Below the pieces are notes generated by a model that worked only from the letters and a program-made list of their open reading frames with translations, was not told where the DNA came from and did no database searches. DNA of 59,469 bases, filler included, from Basidiobolus ranarum (lineage: Eukaryota), in the NCBI GenBank assembly GCA_040143965.1. It is 6 parts of 6 records of this genome, joined end to end, with 100 filler letters (N's around TTAATTAATTAA, not from the genome) between each part and the next. Parts side by side here need not be neighbours in the genome. Positions count along the whole stretch, not along the records: positions 19,878 to 29,706 come from JASJQH010007651.1; positions 29,807 to 39,630 come from JASJQH010007652.1; 4 more parts are not named here. One strand, written 5' to 3'. The position numbers and the translations under genes are program-made. Shown in pieces: positions 25,601 to 38,237 of the stretch; positions within the stretch are counted from its first letter, which is position 1; each line of letters opens with the position of its first letter.

Positions 25601-28600
25601 TTCAAAGGATTCTAAAAAACAAACTACTGCCAAGGAAAGTATCTTAGCATTCTTGTTGTCTCATGTTATCTCCTTCCGCAAACCAATCGCACAAATCAAA
25701 CTCCTTAGAGTGCTTGCTCAAGTCAACTCTTCCAACAAGGTGAAAATGTTGATTCCTTTGATGGAGCGCTTGCTTCAGGAAATTGTTGCCGTTGGGGAAG
25801 ATATCAAACATGATGACCACATTTTGCAACTCATGCAGCTCTGTATCCGCTGCTTTACTCCCGCTACTGCTTCTTTGTTAGACAGTAAGAGCTCTAAATA
25901 CTTGAAGATGTTTGTTTCACTTTTGAATACTAGCACTGGTGACGAGGATGTCATTTCTGTTCAAGAAATGGCTCTTGCTCAAATCACTCCTGAACTCTTC
26001 GGTAATCTGAGTGCAACTAAGAGATACGAGATCTTCTCTCATCTTATCAGTCTTGCATCGGAAGCTTCTACCACAGTTGTTAAACATGTCAAGGAAGTTC
26101 TTAAGAGCATTTCCTTTGATGCCTCACTTGTTTCCCAAGAATTTGCTCATCTCCATCAAGAGCTAATCCAGGAAAAGGACAATCAACCCAAGCGTGTCCG
26201 CGAAAGCGTCAGTGGCAAGCAACCCATTCTTGTTCCCTTGTACAACCTCATCACTACATTGGAACTTTTGGAGTACAAGTCTAGTATCGATAAAGAAATC
26301 ACTCTCATTTCTCCTTTGTTCGAGATGTTGTCCGTTGTCTTGAATTTAGAGCTAGGTGACACTCCAGTTTCTGTGGATTATATCAATCAACTTATCCTCT
26401 CCTCTTTGACCCGACTCATTCGCTCTGCTGATGAGAAACATATCAATGTTGAAGAAAATATCCTTCGTGTTGATCTTGTTGTTCAATGTATCCGAGTTAC
26501 TGCTAATCCCCAAACTCATAATCAATCACTCCTTCTCATGGCCGCTATCGCCTCTTTGTATCCCGATCGTGTTCTGCATAACATCATGCCAGTCTTCACT
26601 TTCATGGGTGCAAACGTCTTGCGTCAAGATGACAACTACAGTTTCCATGTTATTCAACAGACCTTGGAAAAGATTTTGCCACCTTTGGTTGCTTCTCATC
26701 GCCAAGCCAGCGAGTCTAGTCAGAAATTGATTCTGGAAGTTAAGCCGATTATGAGCGTATTTGTGGATGCACTCTTCCATATACCTAAACATAGAAGATT
26801 GAGACTTTTCACTGTTTTGGTTTCTACATTAGGAGAGAATGAATTCCTTTACGCAATTCTCTCTTTGCTTTTAGAGAAGTATACTGAGAAGGTCTTGAAG
26901 GGCAATTCAGTCGAAGCCGACTCCCTTATGGAATTCTGTTTGATTGTTTCCAACCAATTCTCTCCTCAAACCCAAATGAACTCTTTGGGTTCTTTGATGA
27001 AGGCACTATTGGTCTTGCCTAATGAAAAATCTACCGAAGAGGAGGATGTCGAAGATACACTCTTTGATATCAAACAACATTCCAACAAGCATCTTCGTCA
27101 ATTCAAGTTTGCTTCATTATCCTTTGCTAGCAAGCTTCTTGGTAACAAGGCATTCTTGTCCAAGATTCTCATCATGCAGGATGATAACAGTTTGGAACAA
27201 TATTTCCTTTCTATCTCCGAGTTGCTTCTCTCAATTGTTTCCAATATCTCTACCTTCATCGGTCGACAGACCACTCGTAATGACAGTATTGAGAAGTTCT
27301 GGAAGAGCCTTCTTAAGGTTACCTACGATGTTTTGGATAAGGTTAACAACCTTCTTCCTTTGTCGTCATTCTTGAGCATTGTATCCCAATTGCTCAACCA
27401 CGAACATGGTACTATTCGCCGTAAGTCAATGTTGTTGCTCAGCGAGAAGGTTGCTAGTTTCTCTGAATGCACTAGCGAAGAGGAAGCCGCATTCGTTGAA
27501 ATGGTACCTCGTCTTGCCGCAGTTGTTGACACCGCTAGTCAACAAACTGAACAAGATTCTGTCATCAAGCAGACCGCTTTGTTAACTGTATCTGCCTTAC
27601 TTCGTCGTTTTGCCCGCAACAACCCCACTCCTTTCGCCGATATGTTGCCTATCGTTATTGGCAACAATGGATTAGGTCATTCGAATGTACAAGTATCCGC
27701 CTCTAGTCTTGTATGCCTGACTTATTTCTGCCAAGAACTCGGACCTAGAGTTATTCCCCAGTTCCCCAAGTTTATGCCCATTATTCTTAATATCTTAGAA
27801 TCCTGCTTTGGTGACAAGGAATTATCTGCAAACACTCGTCTTTTGGTGCAATTGAGCGCATTTAGCTCTTTGGAAACTATTGTCAAGACCTTGCCTCAAT
27901 TTTTGAGCCCCTATGTTCAAAGAATGTTGGCTTGTGCTCTTCAACCTTCCTTGAATACTCTTGAAGAAGATGACAAAGAGAGAAAGGTACTCGAAAAGGC
28001 CCAGAGTGTTTTGTCTGAAATGGCTACCAAGATCCCTGCTCGTATATTACTTCCTCAAGTCTATCAATACTTGGAATCCGCTATCAAGAATGGAAAGAAC
28101 TCACTTCTTCCCCTTTACAGCGTATTGGAAACAGCCATTTCTACTATGGACCGTGCAAATATCTCAACCTACTACAAGAGTATCTTCAAATTCTTCTTGG
28201 TTTCCTTTGATTTCCGCCGTCAACACGGAAGCAAGTTTACTGCTGAAGAGGTCGATCAAATTGAGAGTAAAATCATCAATTCTTTCCTTCAACTTGTTAT
28301 GAAGTTGAACGAAACTCTGTTCAAGCCTTTGTTCTTGAAAACTTTGGACTGGGCTACTACCGAGCTCCCTACCCAGAAGAAATCGGATCAATCTGACAGT
28401 TACTCCAGACTTGTATTCTTCTATAAGCTTCTTGATACCTTGTTGGATAAACTCAAGTCCATCATCAGTCCCTACTACGTCTATGTTTTGGATCATACCA
28501 TTGCTAAACTTGAGGAGTACAAGGATGAAGATAAGGCCAAGGCTACCGATTCTCTATGGGTGTACATGGTCGATTCTCTTCACAAGTGCTTCTTGTACGA

Positions 28601-29021
28601 CAACGATAACTTCTGGTCAGGAGAAGTATTCAACAAGATCCTTCAGCCCTTGGTCGATCAAATGGAAAGCACTAGTGGTGGTGTTGCTCTCTACCATGAG
28701 CATATCGATCAACACTTGGTTCCTTGCCTGGGTCAATTAGCTGTAACTGCTAGTAACGAGGCACTTTGGAAGCCATTGAACCACCAAGTATTACTCAAAT
28801 CTCGTAGTGATAAGACTGAAGTCCGTCTTGCCTCACTTCTTACTCTTCAAGACTTCTACTCACGTTTGGGTGAAGAATTCCTTGTATTGTTACCAGAAAC
28901 CATTCCCTTCTTGGCTGAACTTATGGAAGATGACGAACAAAAGGTTGAGAAACTTACTCAGGAAGTCATTGCCCAAATTGAACAATACTTGGGTGAATCT
29001 CTACAGAAGTATTTCCATTAA
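22677..29021 (+). CDS. UTP10: U3 snoRNP protein UTP10 / HEATR1, single exon
   Basis: MASSLALQLQ, ASFLFDSRQAADYD, LEWLIRRFRI, ILPYHET, VMKLNETLFKPLF (BP28CT), LLPETIPFLAELMEDD, LGESLQKYF. Confidence 0.97.
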   Translation: MASSLALQLQGIRTVDNPLGNDKFTSKFKASFLFDSRQAADYDLDTIFSLGINGLAELKQLNSHFAQFEKTLFSESIKSVDRVLQTKEDNEKLDASILAFLQQLSPYFLLKPAGKVLEWLIRRFRINEFNIDAVMTCILPYHETKPFVTMVSVLRIPDDSQWAFLRPIRKTAQPLERSQLVAQCIKEKYLLDFVCDITLNSANKKIAFKSLVSFYASTLIEIIQTLPTISDAFMLNIMPYVFDGIRAKSSPEFQLASYMLVSQLSTRAVFSAETCDGILSAMTQHFTDARSLLLCAIQLFQTQEELVEMPEKAFKHIAKIPELNDLLADICSKYASNKFLYPFLLSLIQHSGQHENYDNVLKSVLQQEKLPSTMVQSLCESILDLFLESKLASKDASDVCEKMRELLQLLQIKYSADIDASLESKLKATSQDKSASGKKVQQLLYEFISQTFKGTRHEPIQESNTTLYLSLNHPETSIRLIALQKLQSLVEDGSTASEFEDILEETLLARLADNVDQIAAFVIAFPNLAQHVSGVKLLSEIEKLLDSDDISRKTKIASFDFLIGSFLKVNPSLENLVTPIVLSNCVATKKTWKSTLHLLKTIPKSQLASSPLFANFSTFKPKTLDEIEMCEDKEKKLLGLVDLDIQLIKLIADNLVKDVDSHKLFIGAFSSSNSMWELFATLVLNRAIYLLDEEKCINIISTILPHILEQLNELRNTQQLSAKDFIASSEGLPSEAHINDIARKGTKFNKIHNVLFSLVNIVSCLKVKDMSSIPWLAPADNVSTTVKQYKDILVKLYVTFTSGQSIGCFEKMVRGLFEHHLQDDPIEFLSSFWTDDETECFALVQMRSLHIANAYFLAHADPATPVYTDFQLVIPSLLSTLLHPSKVVRHAGLSCLASIDKAYEKLMGSMTNMKTIKAENIYKYDSFYGSSSDELQYLLIENIFDFLRVIQDSKEEFLADPQYIERFLGEYLSKNSKDSKKQTTAKESILAFLLSHVISFRKPIAQIKLLRVLAQVNSSNKVKMLIPLMERLLQEIVAVGEDIKHDDHILQLMQLCIRCFTPATASLLDSKSSKYLKMFVSLLNTSTGDEDVISVQEMALAQITPELFGNLSATKRYEIFSHLISLASEASTTVVKHVKEVLKSISFDASLVSQEFAHLHQELIQEKDNQPKRVRESVSGKQPILVPLYNLITTLELLEYKSSIDKEITLISPLFEMLSVVLNLELGDTPVSVDYINQLILSSLTRLIRSADEKHINVEENILRVDLVVQCIRVTANPQTHNQSLLLMAAIASLYPDRVLHNIMPVFTFMGANVLRQDDNYSFHVIQQTLEKILPPLVASHRQASESSQKLILEVKPIMSVFVDALFHIPKHRRLRLFTVLVSTLGENEFLYAILSLLLEKYTEKVLKGNSVEADSLMEFCLIVSNQFSPQTQMNSLGSLMKALLVLPNEKSTEEEDVEDTLFDIKQHSNKHLRQFKFASLSFASKLLGNKAFLSKILIMQDDNSLEQYFLSISELLLSIVSNISTFIGRQTTRNDSIEKFWKSLLKVTYDVLDKVNNLLPLSSFLSIVSQLLNHEHGTIRRKSMLLLSEKVASFSECTSEEEAAFVEMVPRLAAVVDTASQQTEQDSVIKQTALLTVSALLRRFARNNPTPFADMLPIVIGNNGLGHSNVQVSASSLVCLTYFCQELGPRVIPQFPKFMPIILNILESCFGDKELSANTRLLVQLSAFSSLETIVKTLPQFLSPYVQRMLACALQPSLNTLEEDDKERKVLEKAQSVLSEMATKIPARILLPQVYQYLESAIKNGKNSLLPLYSVLETAISTMDRANISTYYKSIFKFFLVSFDFRRQHGSKFTAEEVDQIESKIINSFLQLVMKLNETLFKPLFLKTLDWATTELPTQKKSDQSDSYSRLVFFYKLLDTLLDKLKSIISPYYVYVLDHTIAKLEEYKDEDKAKATDSLWVYMVDSLHKCFLYDNDNFWSGEVFNKILQPLVDQMESTSGGVALYHEHIDQHLVPCLGQLAVTASNEALWKPLNHQVLLKSRSDKTEVRLASLLTLQDFYSRLGEEFLVLLPETIPFLAELMEDDEQKVEKLTQEVIAQIEQYLGESLQKYFH

Positions 29022-29806
29022 GTTCACATATCTTGACACTTTCATTTGGTATAATATTGGAAGCGTAGTAGCATTTCATTCCCACGTACGTATAATTATA
29101 AAATGATTAACTTTAGCTCTATTTTATGAAATCAAGCACTATCTACTACACTTCCAACTAGATGTTTCAATTATTTCCCTGTTAATAAAGTCCACATAGA
29201 ATTTCACCAGTTATTACTTGATTTGTGGCCTGAGTCTGGGTGTTGCTGGTCATGAAATCCCCGAATTCGGGATATTCTACACATGTACTAGAAAGCATTA
29301 GGAGGATTCTTGAGCAAAGCATAGAGTACATCCAAGCGCGCTATGCAACACCCAGGGTTAGATTCGATATCATCCTCAAATGGGGAAGTTATGCATGTTT
29401 AGCGTCCAATGGTCAAGTATCAAATGGATTCTTAGGGTTAACTGCATATTCATAGGGTGCTTAATGATAAGGTAATAGCCAATCACTTTCCAATATTTAT
29501 GTGCAAAGTACTCATGAATGTATCAAGAGTGAGTCTTAAGCAATATCGTAAAATTGATGTGACGACGTCAGAGCCTGACACGAACTCAATGTAAACAAAC
29601 GGATCTCTATGGATTCTAATTAGTTAGAAAACATCCCCTTCTCACCCCCCCGCATCCTCCCCCACCCCCTAGTCAGAACAGACCCGTCGGAAGAAGAGTA
29701 AACCGANNNNNNNNNNNNNNNNNNNNNNNNNNNNNNNNNNNNNNNNNNNNTTAATTAATTAANNNNNNNNNNNNNNNNNNNNNNNNNNNNNNNNNNNNNN
29801 NNNNNN

Positions 29807-29909
29807 CCCATTATTTGATATTGGAATATACTTGGAAGTCTGAAGATATATAGATTTTAATAACTTGTGCTAGAGGCCCCAAACTTTGCATACATATTCC
29901 TGGGACCTT
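29807..29909 (+). mobile_element. Ty1/copia LTR internal fragment at contig start
   Basis: GATATATAGATTTT...GCCCCAAACTTTGCATACATATTCCTGGGACCTT matches the middle of the LTR family. Confidence 0.75.
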
Positions 29910-30610
29910 AGCTATCAAAGTATTCTTACCCATAACAGATGCTACTATATAATTTTAATTGATATATAGTCTATCTAAGTAATATTGTTCTCTTAGGAAC
30001 TCATGTTGTCCACAGACCCTTAGTAAATACAACTCTAATGATTACAGGTTTTCAAAAATTGCTGAGAAACATCGAAAATCATCAAGAACTGAATCCCCCT
30101 TAAATATGTAGGGGGTTGTGATGCTATTGTGGCTGAATGATGTGGCATTTAGTAAGCTTTTCAAATGTCATGGTTTGTGTACAATTGCAATCGCAGGAAA
30201 TCCAATTATCTTTCTTGATTTCTTAAAAGCTCTGATGCTTTTAGTAGCAAAAATGATCAAAACAAAAGCCCTATTATTTTATTTATCTCATTAATCGGCA
30301 TAGGAAGACCCACCAATTAACGAATTTTCTTAGTTTTTGTTTACATATTATTCGTCACCTTAGTGCAGCTAGTTGATTAGAGAGTCTTAAATAATTTATG
30401 ACGCTTGGACAGTGTTTAAGCCATATTTGTGCTCCTCAACTGCTCACCACTACTCTATTCTCTGTTCTAAACACAGAGGCAAGTTTCTGTTGCATCTTGG
30501 AGTTTCTGACTTTTTCCCCCTGTAGTTGATAATAGCTCTCCACACTTTGCCAAGTCATATTTTGAGCTTTTTTGTAAATTTGACCTGTACATTTCTTCCG
30601 CCTTTCATAA

Positions 30611-33600
30611 ATGGTCTCCAAACAGCCCTCTGACAATCCACTTGTTGCTTTGGAGAGAGTCTCCATTGTCGGCGCTGCTGACGCTGTAGCCCATTCTGCT
30701 TTTGCCGAGAAAAAATGGGTTTGGGTTGAAGACGAACAAGAAGGATACATTGCCGGTTACATTACGAAGCAAGATGGTGACCAAGTTGAAGTTCACTTGA
30801 GTAACGATGAGGTACTGTATGGTTTTAAATTGAACTCTCTTACATCAACTTCTCCTCTTATGCTACATTTATGTGTAGGTCCGTACAATCAATGTAAATG
30901 GAACCGAAAAAATGAACCCTCCCAAATTCGACAAAGTCGAAGATATGGCCGACCTCGCTTATTTAAATGAAGCCTCAGTGATACATAATCTTCGTCTAAG
31001 ATATCACTCTAATTTAATCTACGTATGTATTGGCGTTTCTTTCAATATTCCATCTAAATAGCGACTGACTAACATTATCTTTGTAGACTTATTCTGGACT
31101 ATTCTTGGTTGCTATCAATCCCTACTACAGACTTCCCATCTACAGCGACCAAATTGTCAAGTCGTATAAGAACAAGAAAAGAATCGATATGCCCCCTCAC
31201 ATTTTTGCGATCTCTGATTCAGCATACTATGATATGCTTCAGGATAAAGAAAACCAGTCTATTCTAATTACGTGAGTATACTTCATGTTACATCGAGTGT
31301 GCGCACCATATCTAATACTTTTAATCAAGTGGTGAATCTGGTGCCGGTAAAACTGAAAATACCAAGAAAGTCATTCAATATTTGACAGCCATTGCCACTG
31401 ATAGAAATCAAGGAAACCTCAACAGCTCTTTAGAGCAACAGATCTTGCGCGCCAATCCCATTCTAGAATCGTTTGGTAATGCTCAGACAATCCGTAACAA
31501 CAACTCTTCTAGATTCGTACGTATAATCAGATACTTTGTGATAAGACTTGATCCTCACCTTCGATTCACAGGGAAAATTCATTCGAATTGAGTTCAATAG
31601 TGCTGGACATATTGCCGGTGCCAACATCGAGCGCTACGTTCTCGAGAAATCTCGTATTACTCAGCAAAATTCCAAGGAACGTAATTATCATATCTTCTAC
31701 CAATTCATGAAGGGTGCTCCCCAAAGTATCAAGGACAAGTTTCTCATCGAGGGAACCCTTAATGATTACAACTTTACCAAACAATCCAAGAAAGATATTG
31801 ACGGAGTTGATGATGTTGCTGACTTCAAACTTTTGCAAGAATCCATGAATGTCATGGGCTTTAGCGAAGAGGAGCAATTATCTTTCTTCCGAATCATTGC
31901 TGCCATGCTACACCTTGGTAATATCGAACTTTCATCTGGACGTGACGAACAGGCCCAACTAGTGGAAACATCTATTCCCGAAAAGATTTGCCATGTTCTT
32001 GGCATTCCCGTCGCCGAATTTATCAAAAGCTTGTTAAAACCCAAGATGCTGGCCGGACGTGACTGGGTAGTTCAAGCCAGAACCGTTACCCAAGTCCTTT
32101 ACTCTATCGAGGCGTTGGCTCGCACACTTTTCGAGCGGATGTTTGACTCATTAATCGAGCGTATCAATGTTGCTTTCGAGAGACCTGGTAGTAAGACCAC
32201 CTTTATTGGTGTTCTCGATATTGCCGGCTTTGAGATTTTTGATATTAACGATCTTGAACAACTATTCATCAATTATACCAACGAAAAGTTACAACAATTT
32301 TTCAACAAGCATATGTTTGTACTAGAACAAGAAGAATACAAACGGGAAGGCATCGACTGGAAGTTCATCGATTTTGGCTTGGATCTTCAACCAACCATTG
32401 AATTGATAGAGAAAGCTAATCCAGTTGGTATTCTTTCTTGTTTGGATGAGGAATGTATTGTTCCAAAAGCTTCCGACAAAACATTTACCGAGAAACTGCA
32501 TGGGCTCTGGCAAGGAAAATCTTCCAAATATGAAGTACCACGCTTCAAACAAGGATTTATCCTCCACCATTATGCATCCAAGGTCGAATACTCCACTGAG
32601 GGTTGGTTAGACAAGAACAAGGACCCTCTTAATGAGAACATCACTCAGTTACTAGGGCATTCCACGGATAAGTACGTCGCCTCATTATTCACCGATTCCC
32701 TTCGAGTGAATTCCGACTTTTCCACTAGAAACCGAGCCAAGAAAGGGGCATTCCGTACAGTAGCCCAACGTCATAAGGAACAATTATCCAGTTTAATGAA
32801 ACAATTATATTCTACTGAACCTCATTTCGTCCGATGCATCCTTCCCAACGAAGAAAAGAAAGCGGGTAAATTCCAAACACCTCTTGTACTCGAACAGTTA
32901 CGTTGCAATGGTGTATTAGAAGGAATTCGTATTGTTCGACAAGGATTCCCTAATCGATTACCATTCTCCGAATTTCGTCAACGTTATGAGATTCTTGCCC
33001 CGAACGTTATCCCACGTGGATTTATGGATGGGAAAACTGCATCCCATCGACTTCTGGAATCGATTCAATTGGATAAAAATCAATATCGAATTGGTACTAG
33101 TAAGGTGTTCTTCCGTGCTGGTGTTCTGGCTGAATTGGAGAATGTTCGTGATGTGAAATTATCCAAGATCGTCACTAACTTTCAAGCACTTTGTCGTGGA
33201 TATTTAGCAAGAAAGCATTTCCATCGTAAAAGTGATCAACTTAAAGCCATTCAAATTATTCAAAAGAATGCCCGAATTTATGTGAAATTACGTGAATGGC
33301 CTTGGTGGAAATTATACTCCAAAGTGAAGCCATTATTGAATGTTACTCGTGTGGATGAAGAACTAAAGAAAAAAGAAGAACAAATTCGTTTATTGGAAGT
33401 GAAAGTGATTCATGAAGAAGAAGAAAGACAAAATCTTTTCAAAATTAGAACTCAATTGGAGAATAATATGAAAAAAGTGGAGGAATTACTCACTTCCGAA
33501 CGTAACGTGGCCATGGATAAGGAAGAGATCCTTAGAAGAACCCAAGAACGTGAAGCTGAATTGGAGGAAGAACTGACCGAGGTAACCACCGAATTGAAGG

Positions 33601-36600
33601 ATATCGAAATGCAATATCAAGAGGCCACTGAGGCTAGATTGCATCTGGAACAGGAGATGTTATCCCTTCGAGAGAAACTCGATGAAGATGGCTTATTATT
33701 GGAGAAATTTGAGAAAGAAAAATCTCTTCGTGAAGAAGAAATCAGTCATCTACAATCCGATCTTAAAGCAGAAGCGGAACAAGTTCAAAAATTGATGAAC
33801 GATCGTAAATCTGTAGAGGATAAGTTACTGGAGCTACAGAGAATAGTCGAAAGTAACGAAGATAAAGAAGGTGAGTTACTGAAGGTAAAGAATAAACTTC
33901 ACTCTTCAATTGCCGAGTTGGAGGAGAAACTAGCCAAGGAAATTGCCGAGAAGACCGAACTTTCTCAGAAACGGATTCAGCTTGAGAGTGATCTTAAACT
34001 TGCTAAATCCGAGCTCAGTGAACTTGTGAATCATCGCGAGGAGATTCATCAAACATTGAAGAAGAAGGAAATGGAATTATCGGAACTTCAGGTACAATTA
34101 AAGAACGAAAGCTCTGACAAAGTAGCTGTAGACAAACAACGTCGTGAAATCCTTGTACGCATTGAGACTCTTGAAAGCGAACTTGAGAATGAGCGTTCAG
34201 AGAGGGAGAAGGTCAATATCCAGAAGAGTAAACTTGAGTCTGAAATTTACGAACTACACACTCTAGTCGAGACTAAACTAGATGAAGAAACGAAACAAAG
34301 CGAAAGTCGTCGCCTTCGGGATGCTGAACTTACTGATTTGAGGGACCAACTTCGCTCGTGTCAAACTGAATTAGAGGAAAATAGACACAAGAATACTCAA
34401 TTAGTTGATAATCTAAAGAAGCAGCTTGAAGAGATAAAGCAGGAAAATGATCTCTTGGCTAAGCACAAGCTGTCATTTGAAAAGCGAATTGGGGAACTCG
34501 AAGTTACTCTCGAGGAATATGAGAAGAAACAAAGTGAACTGGATAAAGCTAAGAGACAACTCGAATTTGAACTTCAAACCGTCTCCGATCAATATGATGA
34601 ACTCAAAGCATTCTCCGATGAGACCATCAACGCAAAGAAAGCCATGGATGAACAATACTCTAATGTGTCTTCTCGAGTTGAAGAATACGAAGCTACCATT
34701 GCGAAACTGGAGCGTGAAAGAAACGGCTTCCAACGTCAACTTGATTCTATAAGCCATGGACTGGAGGAAGAAGCTCGTCGTAAGAACTCTCTTGAATTAT
34801 CAAAGAAGAAGCTTGATGTTGAATTAGCTGACACTCAGGCTCGTCTGGAGGAAGTCGAAGCTTCTAAGATGGATCTTCAACGTCGCCTAACGGCTAAAAG
34901 TGCAGAATTCGATCAACTTCAGGATAAATATCAATCAGAAGCAGTTGAGAAGAACGCCGAGTTACAGGAAATTGCCCGGAAATCTGAAAAGGAATTGGCA
35001 ACACTCCAAGCCTACTCTGATGATCTACAAAGACAGTGCTCCAATTTCGAAAAATCCAAATCTCGTTTAACCGAAGAAATTGAAGATCTTAAATTCGAGA
35101 TTGAAGGTAAAAACAACGTTGCCCGTGCTGCAGAGAAGATGGCCAAACAACTCGAATCTCAACTCAACAGCGTCAACTTACAATTGGAAAGCGAACGCCA
35201 ACAACGGGAATTAGCTGATTCGAATGCTCGTAAACTACAATCCTCCCTTGAGACACTACAAACCGAACTTGAGGAAAAGAATCAACAGATCGCCAATGTC
35301 CAACGTAGTAAAAAGGACCTTGAAAATGAACTTAGAGGTTTGGTAGACGAAATTGGAGTTGGTGGCAAGAATATTCATGAACTTGAGAAAGCTAGACGTC
35401 GTTTAGAGACCAAGGTTGAAGAAATGCAAGCACAATTAAATGAGGAAGCCAACTCGCGTAACAAGGCCGAGGATCTTCGACGCCGTTTGGAAGAACAATT
35501 TGATGAATACAAAGAAAAATCGGAAGCTGACCTTAAAGCTAAAGAGAACCAAATGGAAGAAACGAGACAACTCTTGCTCCAGGAAGTCAACTCTCTCGGA
35601 GAGCGATTAGATGATGAGATTGCCCATAAACAGGAGCTTACGAAGATCAAGAAAAAACTAGAGGCTGAACTTCAAGAGCTTGCCATGAATGCAGATTCCT
35701 CGGAGAAATCTAAATCCGATCTGGAACAAGCCAAGAAGAGAGCAGATAACAATGTTAGGGATCTTCACAGTCAACTAGAAGCTGAAGGGCGCCTTCGTAA
35801 AAACTTTGAAGAGTTGTCTGTGCGTCTTGAGAGCAAATCCAACACTCTTCAAACTGAAGTAGAAAGGCTGGAGCATCGTGTAGAAGAGCTTGAACTTAAA
35901 AAGCGACAGTTGGAAACTCGCATTGAAGATCTTGAATTTGAACTTCATGGTGGTGATGACTCTAAAGAAGCCTTGATCCAACAAAAAGTTCAACTGGAGA
36001 AAGAAATTCAAATCCTGCATGAACAACTATCTGAAGAGCAAGAGGCGCGTGCCAACCTCGAAGCCGTTCAACGGGATATTGAGCTAAGCAATGTAAAAAA
36101 TCAAGTCAGAGAGGAAATGGAGGGAGAAATTGAAAACCTCAAAGAAAGTCGACTTGCAGCCATGGCCACCATGAGACTCTTGCAACAAGAACTTGAGGAT
36201 AGAAAAGGTGACGTGGAGAATTTCGAAAAGCAGAAAAAGACACTCCAAGATGAAGTCGCTGAACTAAAAAATCGCCTTGAAAGTGAATATCTATCTAAAA
36301 CTGCTGAGGCGTCTGCTCGTCGTCAAACAAGCACTGAATTAAAGGAAGCGTTTATGAAACTTGAAAGTGAGCGCACTAGATCTTCTGAGCTTGAGGAAGC
36401 TAACAAAACATATCGCTCCAGGTATGAAGAAGCTATGAGTCGAATGGAAACTGCGGAGTTGGCTCTATTAAAGGCTCAGAAAAGTGAGTCAAACTTAAAG
36501 TCACAACTAAAGGAGCTAGAGAGCACTCTTGAAACTGCGTTACACGATCGCCAAACTGCTGAAGACTCGGTGAAACTCCTTGAGGAACAAATACTCAATC

Positions 36601-37937
36601 TACAGGCCAAAATGGATGAAGATGCTATGGAATATGCTGATGTGACCATGGTCAAAGAACGTCTTCAAGAAGAATTTGAAATAGCCTGCGAAAGATATCG
36701 GAAAGAAATAGAGGAACTTGAAAGTGACTTGAATACTATGCGAAGCAAGTACCAGAATGAACTCAGTCAGCTTACCAGTGATCTGGAAGAAGAACGGGCA
36801 AATGTCATCCAACTCCGAGAGAGTCGTCACAATCTCGAAGCGCATATGGAGGACCTTAGCTCTCGTCTTGATGAAGAACTTGGCAGTGCCGCCAACTGGA
36901 AGAAAGAAGCTGACCGTAAAGATGCGAAACTGATTGAGATTACAAAGTACTATCATGAAGCCACTGCTCTTCAGGATAATCTTCAACGTCAAGTGAACGC
37001 GTTGTCTACTCAGCTTCGCGATACTGATATCGCTCTAGAAGATTCAGAAAGTCAGCGCTTATTACTTGAAAAGGCCAAAAAGGGATTGGAGCAGCGTTTG
37101 GAAGAATTTGATGAAGAGGTCAGCGAGATTTCTAAAACTCGTCAAACTATTCAAAGATCCCTTACTTCTCGAGACCAAGAAATCTCCACTCTTCGCGAGC
37201 AACTTGAAGAACAACATGAAAAAGTTGAAGAGGCTATTGATAAAGTGAAGAAAGCTGAGTTAGCTACTGCCGAAGCCCAAAACGAACTATCAAAAGAACG
37301 TGAGACTAACTCCGAGCTTTTACGTGCTAAGTTAACTCTTGAAAAGCAAGTCAACTCATTAAATCTCCGTATTGTTGAATTGGAAACCAGCTCACAGAGC
37401 AGTCGACATGCTTCAGTGGGTTCTCGCATTGGCGATTTGACTAGTTTGTTAAGTACAGAAGCCCGGGAAAAGAGCGAATCAATGCGTCAAGCACGTAAAA
37501 CTGAGCGTACTATACGCGAACTTCAACATCAACTCGCCGATCGAGAAAAGAACATCAGTCGTATCGAGGAGGAGAATGCACGTCTAAAGAACCGTTTTGA
37601 TAAACTCCGATCACAAACTGAGGAACTCGAGACATCTGAGAATAACCTTCAACTCGCTAAGCGTCGTTCAGAAAGAGAGGCTAACGAACAACGAGAACGT
37701 GCAGCTCGCTTAGAACGTGAGGTAGAGAAGCTGAAGAACCGCTTAGACCGGGCCATCAATACACCTAGAAGCCCCTATGGCTCTCTTCGTGAAAAAGATG
37801 GATCTATTCGCTCCTCATCTTCCCGACTAATGTCATTGTTTTCTGCCACTAGTCCTGTTCCTAGCCCCACTTTCAGCATGGATTCAATCCGTGACGATGA
37901 ATCAGAAGCCAGTGAACGCACACTGGAGCAATCTTAG
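30611..37937 (+). CDS. MYO1: Class II myosin heavy chain, 5 exons
   Basis: SH3-like N-terminus (KKWVWV), [63 protein letters not shown] motifs, WPWWKLY and long coiled-coil tail including GKNIHELEK. Confidence 0.97.
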
Positions 37938-37961
37938 ATCATCAATATATTACTAATCCCG

Positions 37962-37992
37962 TGCACAATACATGCACAACACATGCACAACA
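37962..37992 (+). repeat. Short tandem repeat (11-bp unit ACATGCACAAC, about 3 copies) in the myosin 3' UTR
   Basis: tgcacaatacatgcacaacacatgcacaaca. Confidence 0.7.
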
Positions 37993-38237
37993 AACAATTA
38001 TAATAAATCTAATACCATCATCACAATTTTATTTAAGAAATGGACGTCATTAGAGCCTACAGAAGTACGTCTACATAACCCGAACTCTAACAGAAAAGCA
38101 AAATGATGTTCGAGAACAATGCGCGGATTGAGGTGGATCAGTAAACAATGCTGGTGTTTCAATGCACTTCACTTCAATTGTACTTGAATGGGTTTTTTAT
38201 TTTTAATTGAACTATGAAGCGGAGTAGATGAGGCCGT

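Noticed and set aside
22599-37937. Many short antisense and alternate-frame ORFs within UTP10 and myosin II
   Set aside because: Shadow ORFs expected from the codon bias of long genes; no independent motifs.
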